From a candidate division FCPU426 bacterium (GTDB lineage: Bacteria; Oederibacteriota; JAAXVQ01; JAUVAV01), in the NCBI GenBank assembly GCA_040756875.1, contig JBFLYH010000003.1, forward strand, positions 288,001 to 352,000: a DNA stretch of 64,000 bases, read 5' to 3'. Shown here piece after piece: positions 18,169 through 27,758 of the stretch (position 1 is its first letter; the number at the start of each line of letters is the position of its first letter). The position numbers and the translations under genes are program-made. The notes below the pieces were generated by a model. That model searched no databases and was not told the origin of the DNA. It saw only the letters and a program-made list of their open reading frames with translations.

Positions 18169-19605
18169 TTAAAATTTGAAATAAATAAAGGGTTGAAAAT
18201 CGCTGCTCGCCATCATCAAAACCGCCGCCACCAGACCCAGGGCGGCCACCGATAACCTGAGCCAGGCGGCTGTCCGGGAGTCGGCATGGTCAAAATAGCT
18301 CCCCGAACTCTCGGCCCGCGGCCAAAACACCAGCAGCAATCCGAATCCCAAGGTCACCAGGCTCTGGTTGCTGATGTTTGCCAGCCAGTAAAAGTGCAAG
18401 GGTTCCTGCGGGATGGTGACCAACCCCCGGAAATAGTCCGCTGCGGCGGGAAGGTTCCGGGCCCTGAAAAACACCATGCCCAGCATAATCAGGAAAAAAG
18501 CGATCATTCGCTGCAAACCCGGATGCCGGAAATCCTCGGGCAGGCGTTTCCCGGAAATCCGCTCCCAGCACATGAAAAAACCGTGATACAGCCCCAGCGC
18601 GATGAAGGTCCAGTTGGCGCCGTGCCAAAATCCCATCAGCACGAATACCACCAGCAAATTGAAGTATATTTTCCAGGAAGAAACCCGCGACCCTCCCAGG
18701 GGGATGTACACATAGTCCCGAAACCAGGTCGAAAGCGAAATGTGCCAGCGCCGCCAAAAATCCGTGAAACTGACCGCCATATACGGCCGGTTGAAGTTTT
18801 CCCGGAAATGAAACCCGAACACCCTCCCCAACCCGATCGCCATGTCCGAATATCCCGAAAAATCGAAATACACCTGCAGCGTAAACGCCACCAATCCCAG
18901 CCACGCCAGCCCGGCCCCCAGCCCCTGGTCCAGACCGAACGCCTGGTCCGCGATCATCCCGATCGGGTCCGCGATCACCGCTTTCTTGAACAGCCCCAGC
19001 ATGAAGCGGACCAGCCCCGAGGCGACGTTGTCCCAGGTGTGTTGCCGCGACTTGACCTGCGGCTCGATCTCGTCATAGCGCACGATCGGCCCCGCGATCA
19101 GCTGCGGAAACATCGACAAGTACATGCCCATGTCCACGGGATTCTTGATGACCCCGACATGCCCCCGGTAGACGTCGATGACGTAGCTGAGCGCCTGAAA
19201 CGTGAAAAAGGAGATGCCGATGGGCAGCAGGATGCCCGGATTCGGAAACGGCCGGACCTGGGGCAGGATCCAAAAGATCACCTGGTCCAGCTGTTCGACC
19301 AGGAAGTTGGCGTATTTGTAATAGCCCAGCAGGGCCAGGTTCATGACGATGGCCAGGGTCAGCCAGGCTTTTTTCACGGCAGGCTGCTGCTTTCGATCCG
19401 CCCGGTTGATCAGCAGGCCAAACATCCAGTTCCCCGCGATCGAAGCCATGAAAACCAAAACGACTTCGCCCGCGCCCCACATATAGAACAACAGGCTCAT
19501 GACCAGCAGGACGGTGTTTTTCCACCGGACTGGCCTGAACCCGAAATACAGGAGGAGTATCAGCGGCAAAAAATAGAACAGAAAAGTGACGGACGAAAAC
19601 ACCAT
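18169..19605 (-). CDS. MBOAT O-acyltransferase (AlgI/DltB family), copy B
   Basis: Same motifs as copy A; start MVFSSVTF at 19605. Confidence 0.95.
   Translation of the reverse strand: MVFSSVTFLFYFLPLILLLYFGFRPVRWKNTVLLVMSLLFYMWGAGEVVLVFMASIAGNWMFGLLINRADRKQQPAVKKAWLTLAIVMNLALLGYYKYANFLVEQLDQVIFWILPQVRPFPNPGILLPIGISFFTFQALSYVIDVYRGHVGVIKNPVDMGMYLSMFPQLIAGPIVRYDEIEPQVKSRQHTWDNVASGLVRFMLGLFKKAVIADPIGMIADQAFGLDQGLGAGLAWLGLVAFTLQVYFDFSGYSDMAIGLGRVFGFHFRENFNRPYMAVSFTDFWRRWHISLSTWFRDYVYIPLGGSRVSSWKIYFNLLVVFVLMGFWHGANWTFIALGLYHGFFMCWERISGKRLPEDFRHPGLQRMIAFFLIMLGMVFFRARNLPAAADYFRGLVTIPQEPLHFYWLANISNQSLVTLGFGLLLVFWPRAESSGSYFDHADSRTAAWLRLSVAALGLVAAVLMMASSDFQPFIYFKF
18683..19526. repeat. 844-bp direct repeat, copy 2
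   Basis: Matches 14178-15021. Confidence 0.9.
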
Positions 19606-19639
19606 GAAACGGTCTGCTCCTTCTATTCGCACCCGAACT

Positions 19640-22600
19640 TCAAATCATCAAACCCAGATCACCCAGAAGGTTCCCGGCGTACTGTTCGAACTGGTACTCG
19701 CGCGCAGCCTTGTTCATGGCTGCCTGCACCAATTCCCGGCCTGATCCGGGATCACGCAACAAACGGCAGACTTCGCCGGACATGGCCTGGATGTCTAGAT
19801 AAGGGACGACAACGCCGCAGCCTGCAGCCAGCATTTCCGCCGCGCCGCCGCTGCCGGTAAAAGCCGCCACCGGCACGCCGACCTCCATGGCCGAGAGCAC
19901 GACATTGGGAAAAGGATCCTCGCGGGAGGTGAGGGCGAAGACATCCGCGGCCGCCAGGTACAGGGCGTCGTCCTTTTGAAAACCGATAAAATGCACTTTC
20001 CGGTCCAGGCCGGTCCGGGCCAGGTCATGCTTCAGCCAGGCCTGGAATTCGGGCTGCAGGCTGCCTGCCCAGATGAAATGCACGTTCACATCCGCCAGTT
20101 GCCGCAAAACGCTTTGCGCCAGGGCCACGAACAGGTCCGGCCCCTTGCGCAAATCCGCATAAGCGCAGTTCAAAACGATTTTGCTGTTCGGACCCAGCCC
20201 GTGTTTTTGGGCCACTTTCTGGCGGGCCATTTCCCGCTTTTCCCGGTAGCGGTTGGGTTGCAGAATCCCCTGGGGGCGTATCCGGCATTTGGCCGGCGCC
20301 AGGGGATGCCACTCCAAAAAGGCTTTTCGCACGTACTCCGCGGGAAACGCCAACACGTCCGCGGCTTCGGCCAGCTGCTTCGCCAGCGTTTGATAACCGT
20401 AGGTTTGAATCAAAGTGGGCAGCTCGTGCACCAGGCCCAGTACGTTGAATCCCCGCGGTTTCAACCAGGCCGCCAGATCGCCCGTAACCACCGTGTTGCA
20501 GATGACGGAACGGATCCGCTCCGACTGCAACCGTCTGCCGATGGCTTCCAATGCCGCCGGCTCGGAACCCCGTTGCCGGATTTCGTCCGTTAAGCGGATC
20601 ACTTTGCCGTACTTGGCGAATTCCGAAAGAAGTTCACCATCCTGTTTGCTGACAATGACCAGCGTGTATTTCATTTTTTCCGCCAAGGTCCTGGCCAGGG
20701 TCAAGGCGATGAATTGGGCGCCATGACAGTGTCCGTCATGGATCACCAGGCCCAGCCGCTTGGGGCCGGGCTCTTCCGGGGCCAGCGGCCTGTTTTCAGG
20801 CGGCGCCGACTCCACGGCCACAGTAGAAACGGCCGCCGGGCCGGCCTGCTTCTGACCCGCCGGTTTTTCCAAAACCCGCCTGGTGGCTTCCAGCCAGGCA
20901 TGGCCGTATTCCAGGTCCGGCTCCAAATGCGCGCCTTCGCCCCATTCATTCCAGGCATTGACGAACAGCATGGCTTCCGGGTCGTTCCCCACCCCCGGCT
21001 TATTGATCAGCCCTTCCAGCCACAACTGGTATCGCTCGGGCGTGGCCTTGTAAAAAACGAGGCCGCGTTCGCGCCTGCGGGGGGTGTTGTCCCAGCACGT
21101 CATGACCCCGCGGTGGTACGTAAAAGCCGGCTCGGGCCGCCGCAACGAATATTCCATTATTTCCCGGTAATCAGCGATGTGACCGGCAAAACCCGGATCA
21201 AGCCCGGGAACGGTGGCGGCGATGTTTTGAGTGGCAAAATGGTTGGGCGGGAATTCCACCAGGGCGTCAAATCCCCGGTCGCGGGGATCGCCGAAGCCGA
21301 CGGTTTCCACTGCGCACAGGTGCAGGCCCGGCAACCCGGCTTGCACGCATGCTTCGCGCCAGGCGCGGGCGGTCCGCTTCGGGTCGTGCATCCGGTCCGT
21401 CCGGTAAACCAGCAGCACGGGCCGGCCTTGGTAACGGATATACCGGGGATCCCGGAAAAGCGGCAGCAGTTCGTGAATGAAATCCAGATCAGACTCCAGC
21501 GTATGTTCCTGCGAAATGAGGACATCCTGGTCCTGGCCGTCCCAATTTCGCGTCCAGTTCTCGTTGGCCCAGCACACGCAGAAGGGAAAATCCGGTTCAC
21601 CCGCAGCCACCACTTCCTGCAGCGGCTGCTCCAGCAGGCGCCGGCCGTTGAACCAGTAGTAATAATAGCAGAAGCCGTGAATGCCGTACGCCCTGGCCAG
21701 GGCGGCCTGTTGTTCGCGGACTTCCGGCACGCGCAAATCGTAAAAGCCCAGATCCGCGGGAAGATGCGGCTGGTAGTGGCCGGAAAAAAGCGGCCGGGCC
21801 TGGGCCACGTATTCCCATTCCGTGAACCCGGGCCCCCACCAAGCGTCGTTCTCCGGAATGGGATGGTATTGCGGAAGATAGAACGCGATCAGGCGCGGCC
21901 GAAGCGGGTCTGCTGCCAAGGGCTGCGGCCGCTCATGGACCGGCCTCCGCAGCGAATCGCGCTTGCGGACGGGCACTTCGCCGGTCGTCGGGGAGGGGCC
22001 GGCATCCGGATAGGTCTGCGGACTCTCGGCTCCGGCCACGGCCTTCGGCAACCGGCCTTCCTGGCGGCCGTAAAGCCAAAAGTGGCGGAAAGGCGCAATC
22101 CCGGCCTGGATGACGTCCGGATACTGTTCCATGTAGAAAAGCGAATCAAACTCCGGCCCCGGATCCCTGCCTTCCGCTTCGCCGTATCTCAGGAAATGGA
22201 CCAGGGGATTCATGCCCGAAAGCGCGGCGTCCGGATTCCTCCGCAAATAATCATCCCCGTCGAAATAGGGGTTGGGCCGCTTGTGCTCCCCGGCGCCTTG
22301 GCGCAGGTAGTGGCCGATGGGATCGTTGAGGCCGGCTGCTTGAGCCGGGTATTGGCTGAGATAAAACGCTTCATCGAACAACCCGCTTTCCCGGATCATC
22401 GCCGCCACGGCCGGCCTGGACCGCCAGGTCCGCCAGAAGGCGGCTTGGCCCAGCCACGAGTTCAGTTTGCGTGCCAGTGTTTGCCTGACCGCCCTGGGAA
22501 TGTGTTGCAGGCGAGTGGCGGCAAACCGCGCGGCCTGCAGTTGTTGCATGCCCCGGCGCATCAGCTCCCGCAGCCAGTCCAGGCGCTGATGGGCATGCCC

Positions 22601-24733
22601 GAGGGCCTGTTCCAAAACCTGGGCTTGATTTTTAGTCTGGGACAAAGCCGAGGCCGTCTTTTCAAATTCGCGCCGTTCCTGGGCCAGCGTGGATTCCAAG
22701 GCCCGGCTATGCGCCAGGTTGGCCTGCAAGTGCTGCTGCGCCTGGCTCAAGTCCGCCTGCAGGGCGTAATGGCGTTCCTGGGCGGCTTTCAGTTCCTGCC
22801 GCGTGCTTTCCAGCGCCGACTCCAGGGCGCGATTGTGGGCCTGCGTCGCCTCCAGGGCGGATTCCAACGTGAGGTTTTTCTCCTGGCTGGCGCGCAGCTG
22901 CAGCTGGAGACCGGCCACCTCCTTTTCCAGCGCCTCTCCGTGGGCCTGGCTGTCCAGGAGCCGCTGCTGCAACAAGCCCAGCAATCGGGACCGCAGTTCC
23001 AAGCCCCGCTCGGCTGCCTGACCCTCCAGCGCCCGGGCCGGAGCTTGGGAAGGTATCAAATACAGGGCGTCGGTTTCAAAAACCCCCAGGGGCACCAGCC
23101 GCAGGTCCACGTCCGAGCAAACAGCAAAGGAATAAACACCCTGGCGCACTCCGGGCTGAAAGTCCGTGGTTTCAAAATCGCCCGTGAACGTGCCGTTTTC
23201 CACCCGCGCGTCCGCCTGGTCCGCGGCCAGGTACGATCCCTGGACGATTTTTTGCTTCGCCATCACCATGTTTTTATATTGTTTCCGCAGCAGCTCGATC
23301 AGTTCGGCGTGGGCCAGTTCATGCACATGATAAGGATTGGGTTCCGGGTTCACGGCGTCGAAAACGGGCTTGTCCGGGGAGGAAATGACCAGCACGCCGT
23401 CGGCTTTCAGGCAGCGTTTGATTTCCGCGAGGAATGCTTCAGGGTCCTGGATGTGCTCGATGGTTTCGAAAGATACCACCACATCCACGCTGGCGTCCGC
23501 CAGAGGGATGGCCTCGGCCCGGCCCACCCGGAATTCCAGGTTGGGGCGGGCATACTTGCGTTGGGCGTGGGCGATCGCTTCCGGCGAAATATCCACGCCC
23601 GTCACCTGTTTGGCCTCGCGGGCCAGAAGCGCAGAGCCGTACCCTTCTCCGCAGGCCAGATCCAGCACCACCTGGCCGCGGGCCAGCTGGGCGGCCACGG
23701 CATAACGGTGCAGATGTTCGACCGCGATTTCCCCCTGCAGCGAGGGAACCAGCCTTTCGCCTGTCCAGGGCAGCTCTTCCGGTTCAGCGTCCGGTCCGGG
23801 CCCGGCAGGCTGCGTCTCCGCCGCGGCCGCTTTCCGGAGTGCGGGCTTCTGCATGACAATGCAATTCTGATCGAAGAAATAATGCGTCTTGAAATCGATC
23901 ATATCGATCGCGGCGAATTTCTCTCCGCATGCTTTCCGGATATACGCCAAAGGAATCATGGCTTCGCCGTACTGGCCGGGTATGTTCGGATCCCCGCCCA
24001 GTCCGTCGTAGCAGAACGCGCCCGCGTCATAAGCGCGCAGGACCGTGTCCTCGTCCTGAAACGCTTTGGCCGAGCCTAGGGCGTGTTCCGGCACCTCCCC
24101 GGACTCCCGGCTTTTCTTGAATTCCATCACCGCCTCGCGTGGCCGGGTGGTGATGACGAGAACGCCTCCGGGCCTCAGCAGGCGTCGAAACTCATCCATC
24201 CAGGCCAGGAAATATTTTTCCGGCAGATGCGAAAAAATGGAATAGGAGACAATGGCATCCAACGAGGCGTCCGGAAGGTTAAGCGGAGGCAGGGGGTGGA
24301 TTCGTGCGAAGCGGCTGGGAAAATGCGCGTTACGGCAAAGGTTGACGGCTTCCTGGGTGACATCCACGCCTAAAAGATTTCCGGGCTGCACGTCCTTGAG
24401 CCAAAAACGCGTTATTCTGCCCCAGCCGCAGCCAAAATCCAGTAATTGGTTTTCCGGGGCCAGGGTCAAGCCCCGGCTGGCAAATGCCTGTTTGCACAGC
24501 TGGTAAAAGCCAAAAGCCTGCTTAAGAGTGGCCTCTCCGGCCTGGCCGGTGTATTTGCGCTGGATGTCCTCCGCAGGCAATGAGGGCAACAGTTCCCGCA
24601 ACCAAGCCTCGGTCCTGAAGCCCTCGGTCAGGCACCAATACCAAAAATCGTCGGACAGGCTTCCGAACAAAGATGAGATCGCCGCCGGCTCCGGACGGGC
24701 CGGTTTGGGGATGGACGGATTCAAATCGTGCAT
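19640..24733 (-). CDS. multidomain glycan enzyme: 2x SAM methyltransferase, coiled coil, FDxxFYLxxYP repeats, WbsX/GH99-like domain, GT4 domain
   Basis: LDFGCGWGR; WTGER/EHLHRY/LDLACGEGYG; heptad Q/E/L/A-rich stretch; FYLPQYH, GFTEW, CWANENW and NAWNEWGEG; RKGPD and SREDPFP. Alternative start at 24766. Confidence 0.88.
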   Translation of the reverse strand: MHDLNPSIPKPARPEPAAISSLFGSLSDDFWYWCLTEGFRTEAWLRELLPSLPAEDIQRKYTGQAGEATLKQAFGFYQLCKQAFASRGLTLAPENQLLDFGCGWGRITRFWLKDVQPGNLLGVDVTQEAVNLCRNAHFPSRFARIHPLPPLNLPDASLDAIVSYSIFSHLPEKYFLAWMDEFRRLLRPGGVLVITTRPREAVMEFKKSRESGEVPEHALGSAKAFQDEDTVLRAYDAGAFCYDGLGGDPNIPGQYGEAMIPLAYIRKACGEKFAAIDMIDFKTHYFFDQNCIVMQKPALRKAAAAETQPAGPGPDAEPEELPWTGERLVPSLQGEIAVEHLHRYAVAAQLARGQVVLDLACGEGYGSALLAREAKQVTGVDISPEAIAHAQRKYARPNLEFRVGRAEAIPLADASVDVVVSFETIEHIQDPEAFLAEIKRCLKADGVLVISSPDKPVFDAVNPEPNPYHVHELAHAELIELLRKQYKNMVMAKQKIVQGSYLAADQADARVENGTFTGDFETTDFQPGVRQGVYSFAVCSDVDLRLVPLGVFETDALYLIPSQAPARALEGQAAERGLELRSRLLGLLQQRLLDSQAHGEALEKEVAGLQLQLRASQEKNLTLESALEATQAHNRALESALESTRQELKAAQERHYALQADLSQAQQHLQANLAHSRALESTLAQERREFEKTASALSQTKNQAQVLEQALGHAHQRLDWLRELMRRGMQQLQAARFAATRLQHIPRAVRQTLARKLNSWLGQAAFWRTWRSRPAVAAMIRESGLFDEAFYLSQYPAQAAGLNDPIGHYLRQGAGEHKRPNPYFDGDDYLRRNPDAALSGMNPLVHFLRYGEAEGRDPGPEFDSLFYMEQYPDVIQAGIAPFRHFWLYGRQEGRLPKAVAGAESPQTYPDAGPSPTTGEVPVRKRDSLRRPVHERPQPLAADPLRPRLIAFYLPQYHPIPENDAWWGPGFTEWEYVAQARPLFSGHYQPHLPADLGFYDLRVPEVREQQAALARAYGIHGFCYYYYWFNGRRLLEQPLQEVVAAGEPDFPFCVCWANENWTRNWDGQDQDVLISQEHTLESDLDFIHELLPLFRDPRYIRYQGRPVLLVYRTDRMHDPKRTARAWREACVQAGLPGLHLCAVETVGFGDPRDRGFDALVEFPPNHFATQNIAATVPGLDPGFAGHIADYREIMEYSLRRPEPAFTYHRGVMTCWDNTPRRRERGLVFYKATPERYQLWLEGLINKPGVGNDPEAMLFVNAWNEWGEGAHLEPDLEYGHAWLEATRRVLEKPAGQKQAGPAAVSTVAVESAPPENRPLAPEEPGPKRLGLVIHDGHCHGAQFIALTLARTLAEKMKYTLVIVSKQDGELLSEFAKYGKVIRLTDEIRQRGSEPAALEAIGRRLQSERIRSVICNTVVTGDLAAWLKPRGFNVLGLVHELPTLIQTYGYQTLAKQLAEAADVLAFPAEYVRKAFLEWHPLAPAKCRIRPQGILQPNRYREKREMARQKVAQKHGLGPNSKIVLNCAYADLRKGPDLFVALAQSVLRQLADVNVHFIWAGSLQPEFQAWLKHDLARTGLDRKVHFIGFQKDDALYLAAADVFALTSREDPFPNVVLSAMEVGVPVAAFTGSGGAAEMLAAGCGVVVPYLDIQAMSGEVCRLLRDPGSGRELVQAAMNKAAREYQFEQYAGNLLGDLGLMI

Positions 24734-24993
24734 AGACCTGCCTGCTTTTGGGAAAAATAATGCCATACTATATCATACCAGCCATTAAAAAACCGCCTCT
24801 TACCCATCGTTTAATGCGTTCGGCCTCTCGATCCCGGATGGAGCGTCCGGGGTACCACCTTCAACCCTGGTTACCTGCTCTTGGCGGCATCCCCGGAGCA
24901 ACGATCCCACATTCACCTCCGAGCGACTGAAAGAAGTCCCTTCAGGGGCAAGCTCGGGGTGCCCTGGGAGGGGGTGGCGCGCGGGATTTCGCT

Positions 24994-25023
24994 TTGACAT
25001 ATTTCTCTGCGTTTTGGCATAAT
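24994..25023 (+). promoter_or_regulatory. putative sigma70 promoter
   Basis: TTGACA-18 nt-CATAAT with an extended TG, upstream of the gene at 25089. Confidence 0.6.
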
Positions 25024-25088
25024 TCATCCGGACAGGTGCAACTCAATGATGAGTTGACCGTCCTTTTATCTCATTATAAAGGCCTTCC

Positions 25089-26729
25089 ATGCAACCGGAC
25101 AACTGGCGGACTTGGCTGAGTCTCGGCCTGGCTTTCATCCTGGCAAGTTTTCTCGTTTATTTCCCGGCCCTCAACCTGCCTTTGCTGGCTGATGATTATC
25201 TTTTTTGCCATCCGTTGTTGTTGCATCAGCAGTTGAGCGCTTGGGGCAGTTCCTCCCTGGGCGGCAAGGGCGTCTTTTTCAGGCCCTTGGTGATCCTAAG
25301 CTATTATATGGATGTCTCACTCTGGCCCCTTAACAGCCTGGGTTACCATGCCGTTAATCTCACGTTGCATGGTTTGAACGCCTTTCTGGTCGTGCGGCTG
25401 GCCTATTTATGGCAGCAATGGTTTCCCTTTTCAAGCAAACCGTTTGGGACGGCCCTGCTCTCCGGGATTCTTTTCCTGGTCCTGCCCAGCCATACCGAAA
25501 CCGTTGCCTGGGTGTCTGGGAGGACCGATCTTCTGTCCACGTGCTTCGGCCTTTTGGCCCTGTTTTTTGGCAGCCTGTTTTTATCCAACGGCCGGTACCG
25601 CACTTTGGCATTCAGCCTTGCCGCCGTGAGCGCGGCGCTGTTCTCCAAGGAAAACGCCTTGGTGCTGACGCCGGTGCTCTTGATCACGGGCTTGATCGGG
25701 TTGAAGTCCGCGGCTGTTCCGCCTATCCGGGTCCGACAGGTAACCAGATTGGCCGGATGGTGGGCCTTGTTTTCCGCGGCTTATCTGATCGCACGTTTCA
25801 GCGTCTTGCGCCAATGGATCGGCGGTTATGGCCCGAAAATGCACTTATCACTGACTTGGGATTCACTGTTCAACCTGGGAGTGCAGATTCCCCGGATGCT
25901 GCTCCCCGCCTTGCCGCCGGCTTGGATGGCTTTCGTTTCACCGGAGTGGGCAATCACCGTTTTTTGGATCACCCTCGCGGCCGCCGTGCTGTCAATCTCT
26001 AGGCAGGTCAAACTCCAACCGTCGGTTTGGCTGTGGCCGGCCGGACTGGCGGCCTCGATGCTCTGCGCGCTCCTGCCCACCCTGAATATGTCAGTCCGCT
26101 TTTTCGTCATCGAAGGCGAGCGGCTTCTCTACCTGCCTTCGGTTTTTGCCTGCATGCTGTTGATCCGCCTGGTACGGCCTTTCACCCGCTCGTGGCGGAC
26201 AGTTGTGGCCATGGGATTGTTGGGGCTGTCCTTCGTCGGGTTGCAATGGAACAATTCCCGGTGGGTTCAAGCCGGCCGTTTGTTCAAGACCTTGCTGGCC
26301 GAGGTGTCCGTCCAAACCACACGGCCGCGGTTGTTGATCCTGAACTTGCCGGCCGCGTATGGCGGAGCGCACATGTTCATTACTGGATTCGACATCGCCC
26401 TGAGGATGCACGCCTTGGTGAAAAAAGACCTGGCCGCGTTCCAGCGCATCAACCAGTTGCAGGAAATCCGGGTGTTTTCCCTGCACGATGTTTTCTCCAC
26501 CGATGACGCGCTCCGGATGGATTTTACCCGCCGATCCGCCGACATGGCCCTGCTGGCGCCCGGCGCTTGTTTCCGTCTGCTGCCTCGGGAACGGACTTCC
26601 GAAGGAATTGCCATTGTCCGGCAGGATTTTCTCGCCATTTCGTTCGCTTATCCGAACGGATTGCCTGAGGATGCCGTTGTGCTTTACTATGACCGCGGCC
26701 ATCTGCAGCCGCTTGAAGCCTTGCCATGA
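25089..26729 (+). CDS. polytopic GT-C-like membrane glycosyltransferase (PMT/TMTC-like)
   Basis: ADD in the first loop; FFRPL, YHAVNLTLH, HTETVAWVSGRTDLL, SKE and ERLLYLP motifs; many transmembrane segments. Confidence 0.75.
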   Translation: MQPDNWRTWLSLGLAFILASFLVYFPALNLPLLADDYLFCHPLLLHQQLSAWGSSSLGGKGVFFRPLVILSYYMDVSLWPLNSLGYHAVNLTLHGLNAFLVVRLAYLWQQWFPFSSKPFGTALLSGILFLVLPSHTETVAWVSGRTDLLSTCFGLLALFFGSLFLSNGRYRTLAFSLAAVSAALFSKENALVLTPVLLITGLIGLKSAAVPPIRVRQVTRLAGWWALFSAAYLIARFSVLRQWIGGYGPKMHLSLTWDSLFNLGVQIPRMLLPALPPAWMAFVSPEWAITVFWITLAAAVLSISRQVKLQPSVWLWPAGLAASMLCALLPTLNMSVRFFVIEGERLLYLPSVFACMLLIRLVRPFTRSWRTVVAMGLLGLSFVGLQWNNSRWVQAGRLFKTLLAEVSVQTTRPRLLILNLPAAYGGAHMFITGFDIALRMHALVKKDLAAFQRINQLQEIRVFSLHDVFSTDDALRMDFTRRSADMALLAPGACFRLLPRERTSEGIAIVRQDFLAISFAYPNGLPEDAVVLYYDRGHLQPLEALP

Positions 26730-26794
26730 ACTTCCATTTCGGAAGACACTGCCCAAGGGAAGATCATTTCCCGGAAAAAATAAACAGGGAGGGT

Positions 26795-27730
26795 TTACCA
26801 GCGTCTCGTGATTTTATTCCATCCCGCGTGTAATCGTTCCCGCCAACCCAAGCTGGCAGGCGGCCTCTTTTCCAAAGACTCCCGCTGCCACTGCCAGCAT
26901 TTTTTCAGGAAGGCAAACAGCATCTCCGTGGTCTCCGCCGGACCCAGCCCGAGCATGGTGGCTGCCTGCCTTAAAATCTTCTCCCCTTCCAGCCATTCCA
27001 GGGTGCCGTTGGTTTTCAACCGGGCGTTGGACGTGTTGATCCGCCAGTAGTTCAGGCTTTGGCTGCAAAAGGCCACGTCGTTTTTTTCCAGCAGCCTGAC
27101 CCAAAGCATCCAATCCCCGCAGAGTTGAAAATCTGTATTCAGAGGGCCGAGCGCCTCCAGCGCGCTTTTCCGGATCAACACGGCCGAGGCATTGGGAATG
27201 GTGTTGCGGTTGGTGAGATAATTCCGGATTTCGTCCATGCCGGAATTGACGAAGTCTCTTTGCCACCGGCCGGGCGCAAAATCCTCGGTCCAGCCGACGG
27301 CATTGCCGATCACGGCCCCGTCCTGGTTCACGATGGCAGACTGGCAGTAGGCCAGCCCGGCGCGGGGATGCTTTTCCAGCAACGCGACCAGCGTTTCCAG
27401 CAAACGCGGATCCGCCCAATCGTCGGACTCGGCCATCCAGATGTATCGGCCCTGAGACAGGGCAAACCCTTTGGCCCATTGCTTGAAGACCGATCCGGAA
27501 TTCGTCTGGTTTTGGACAAACCGGATTTTGGGGTGCGGAAGGTATTTCTTGATTACCAACGGGCTTTCATCCGTGGAAGCATCGTCCAGAATGATCAATT
27601 CGAAATCTTGAAGGGTCTGTTCCAGGATCGAATCCAGACGGCGGCCCAGGTAGCGCGCGTGGTTGTAGGAGGGCACCACCACCGACACCACAGGCGCTTT
27701 CCCCGGCGTTTGGTTTGGGTTGATGTTCAC
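26795..27730 (-). CDS. glycosyltransferase family 2
   Basis: VSVVVPSYNH, ILDDASTD, WMAESDD, PNASAV and GDW motifs. Confidence 0.92.
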   Translation of the reverse strand: MNINPNQTPGKAPVVSVVVPSYNHARYLGRRLDSILEQTLQDFELIILDDASTDESPLVIKKYLPHPKIRFVQNQTNSGSVFKQWAKGFALSQGRYIWMAESDDWADPRLLETLVALLEKHPRAGLAYCQSAIVNQDGAVIGNAVGWTEDFAPGRWQRDFVNSGMDEIRNYLTNRNTIPNASAVLIRKSALEALGPLNTDFQLCGDWMLWVRLLEKNDVAFCSQSLNYWRINTSNARLKTNGTLEWLEGEKILRQAATMLGLGPAETTEMLFAFLKKCWQWQRESLEKRPPASLGWRERLHAGWNKITRRW

Positions 27731-27758
27731 TGCCCCGGGCTCCTGTCTGGGGATGATC

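Noticed and set aside
20714-24079. 1121-aa plus-strand ORF and other long antisense ORFs (18286-19860, 43037-44524, 56301-58100)
   Set aside because: These are shadow frames opposite clear genes in GC-rich DNA and have no recognisable motifs.
24800-25027. 75-aa ORF in the divergent promoter region
   Set aside because: It overlaps promoter and repeat-like sequence and has no protein-like features.
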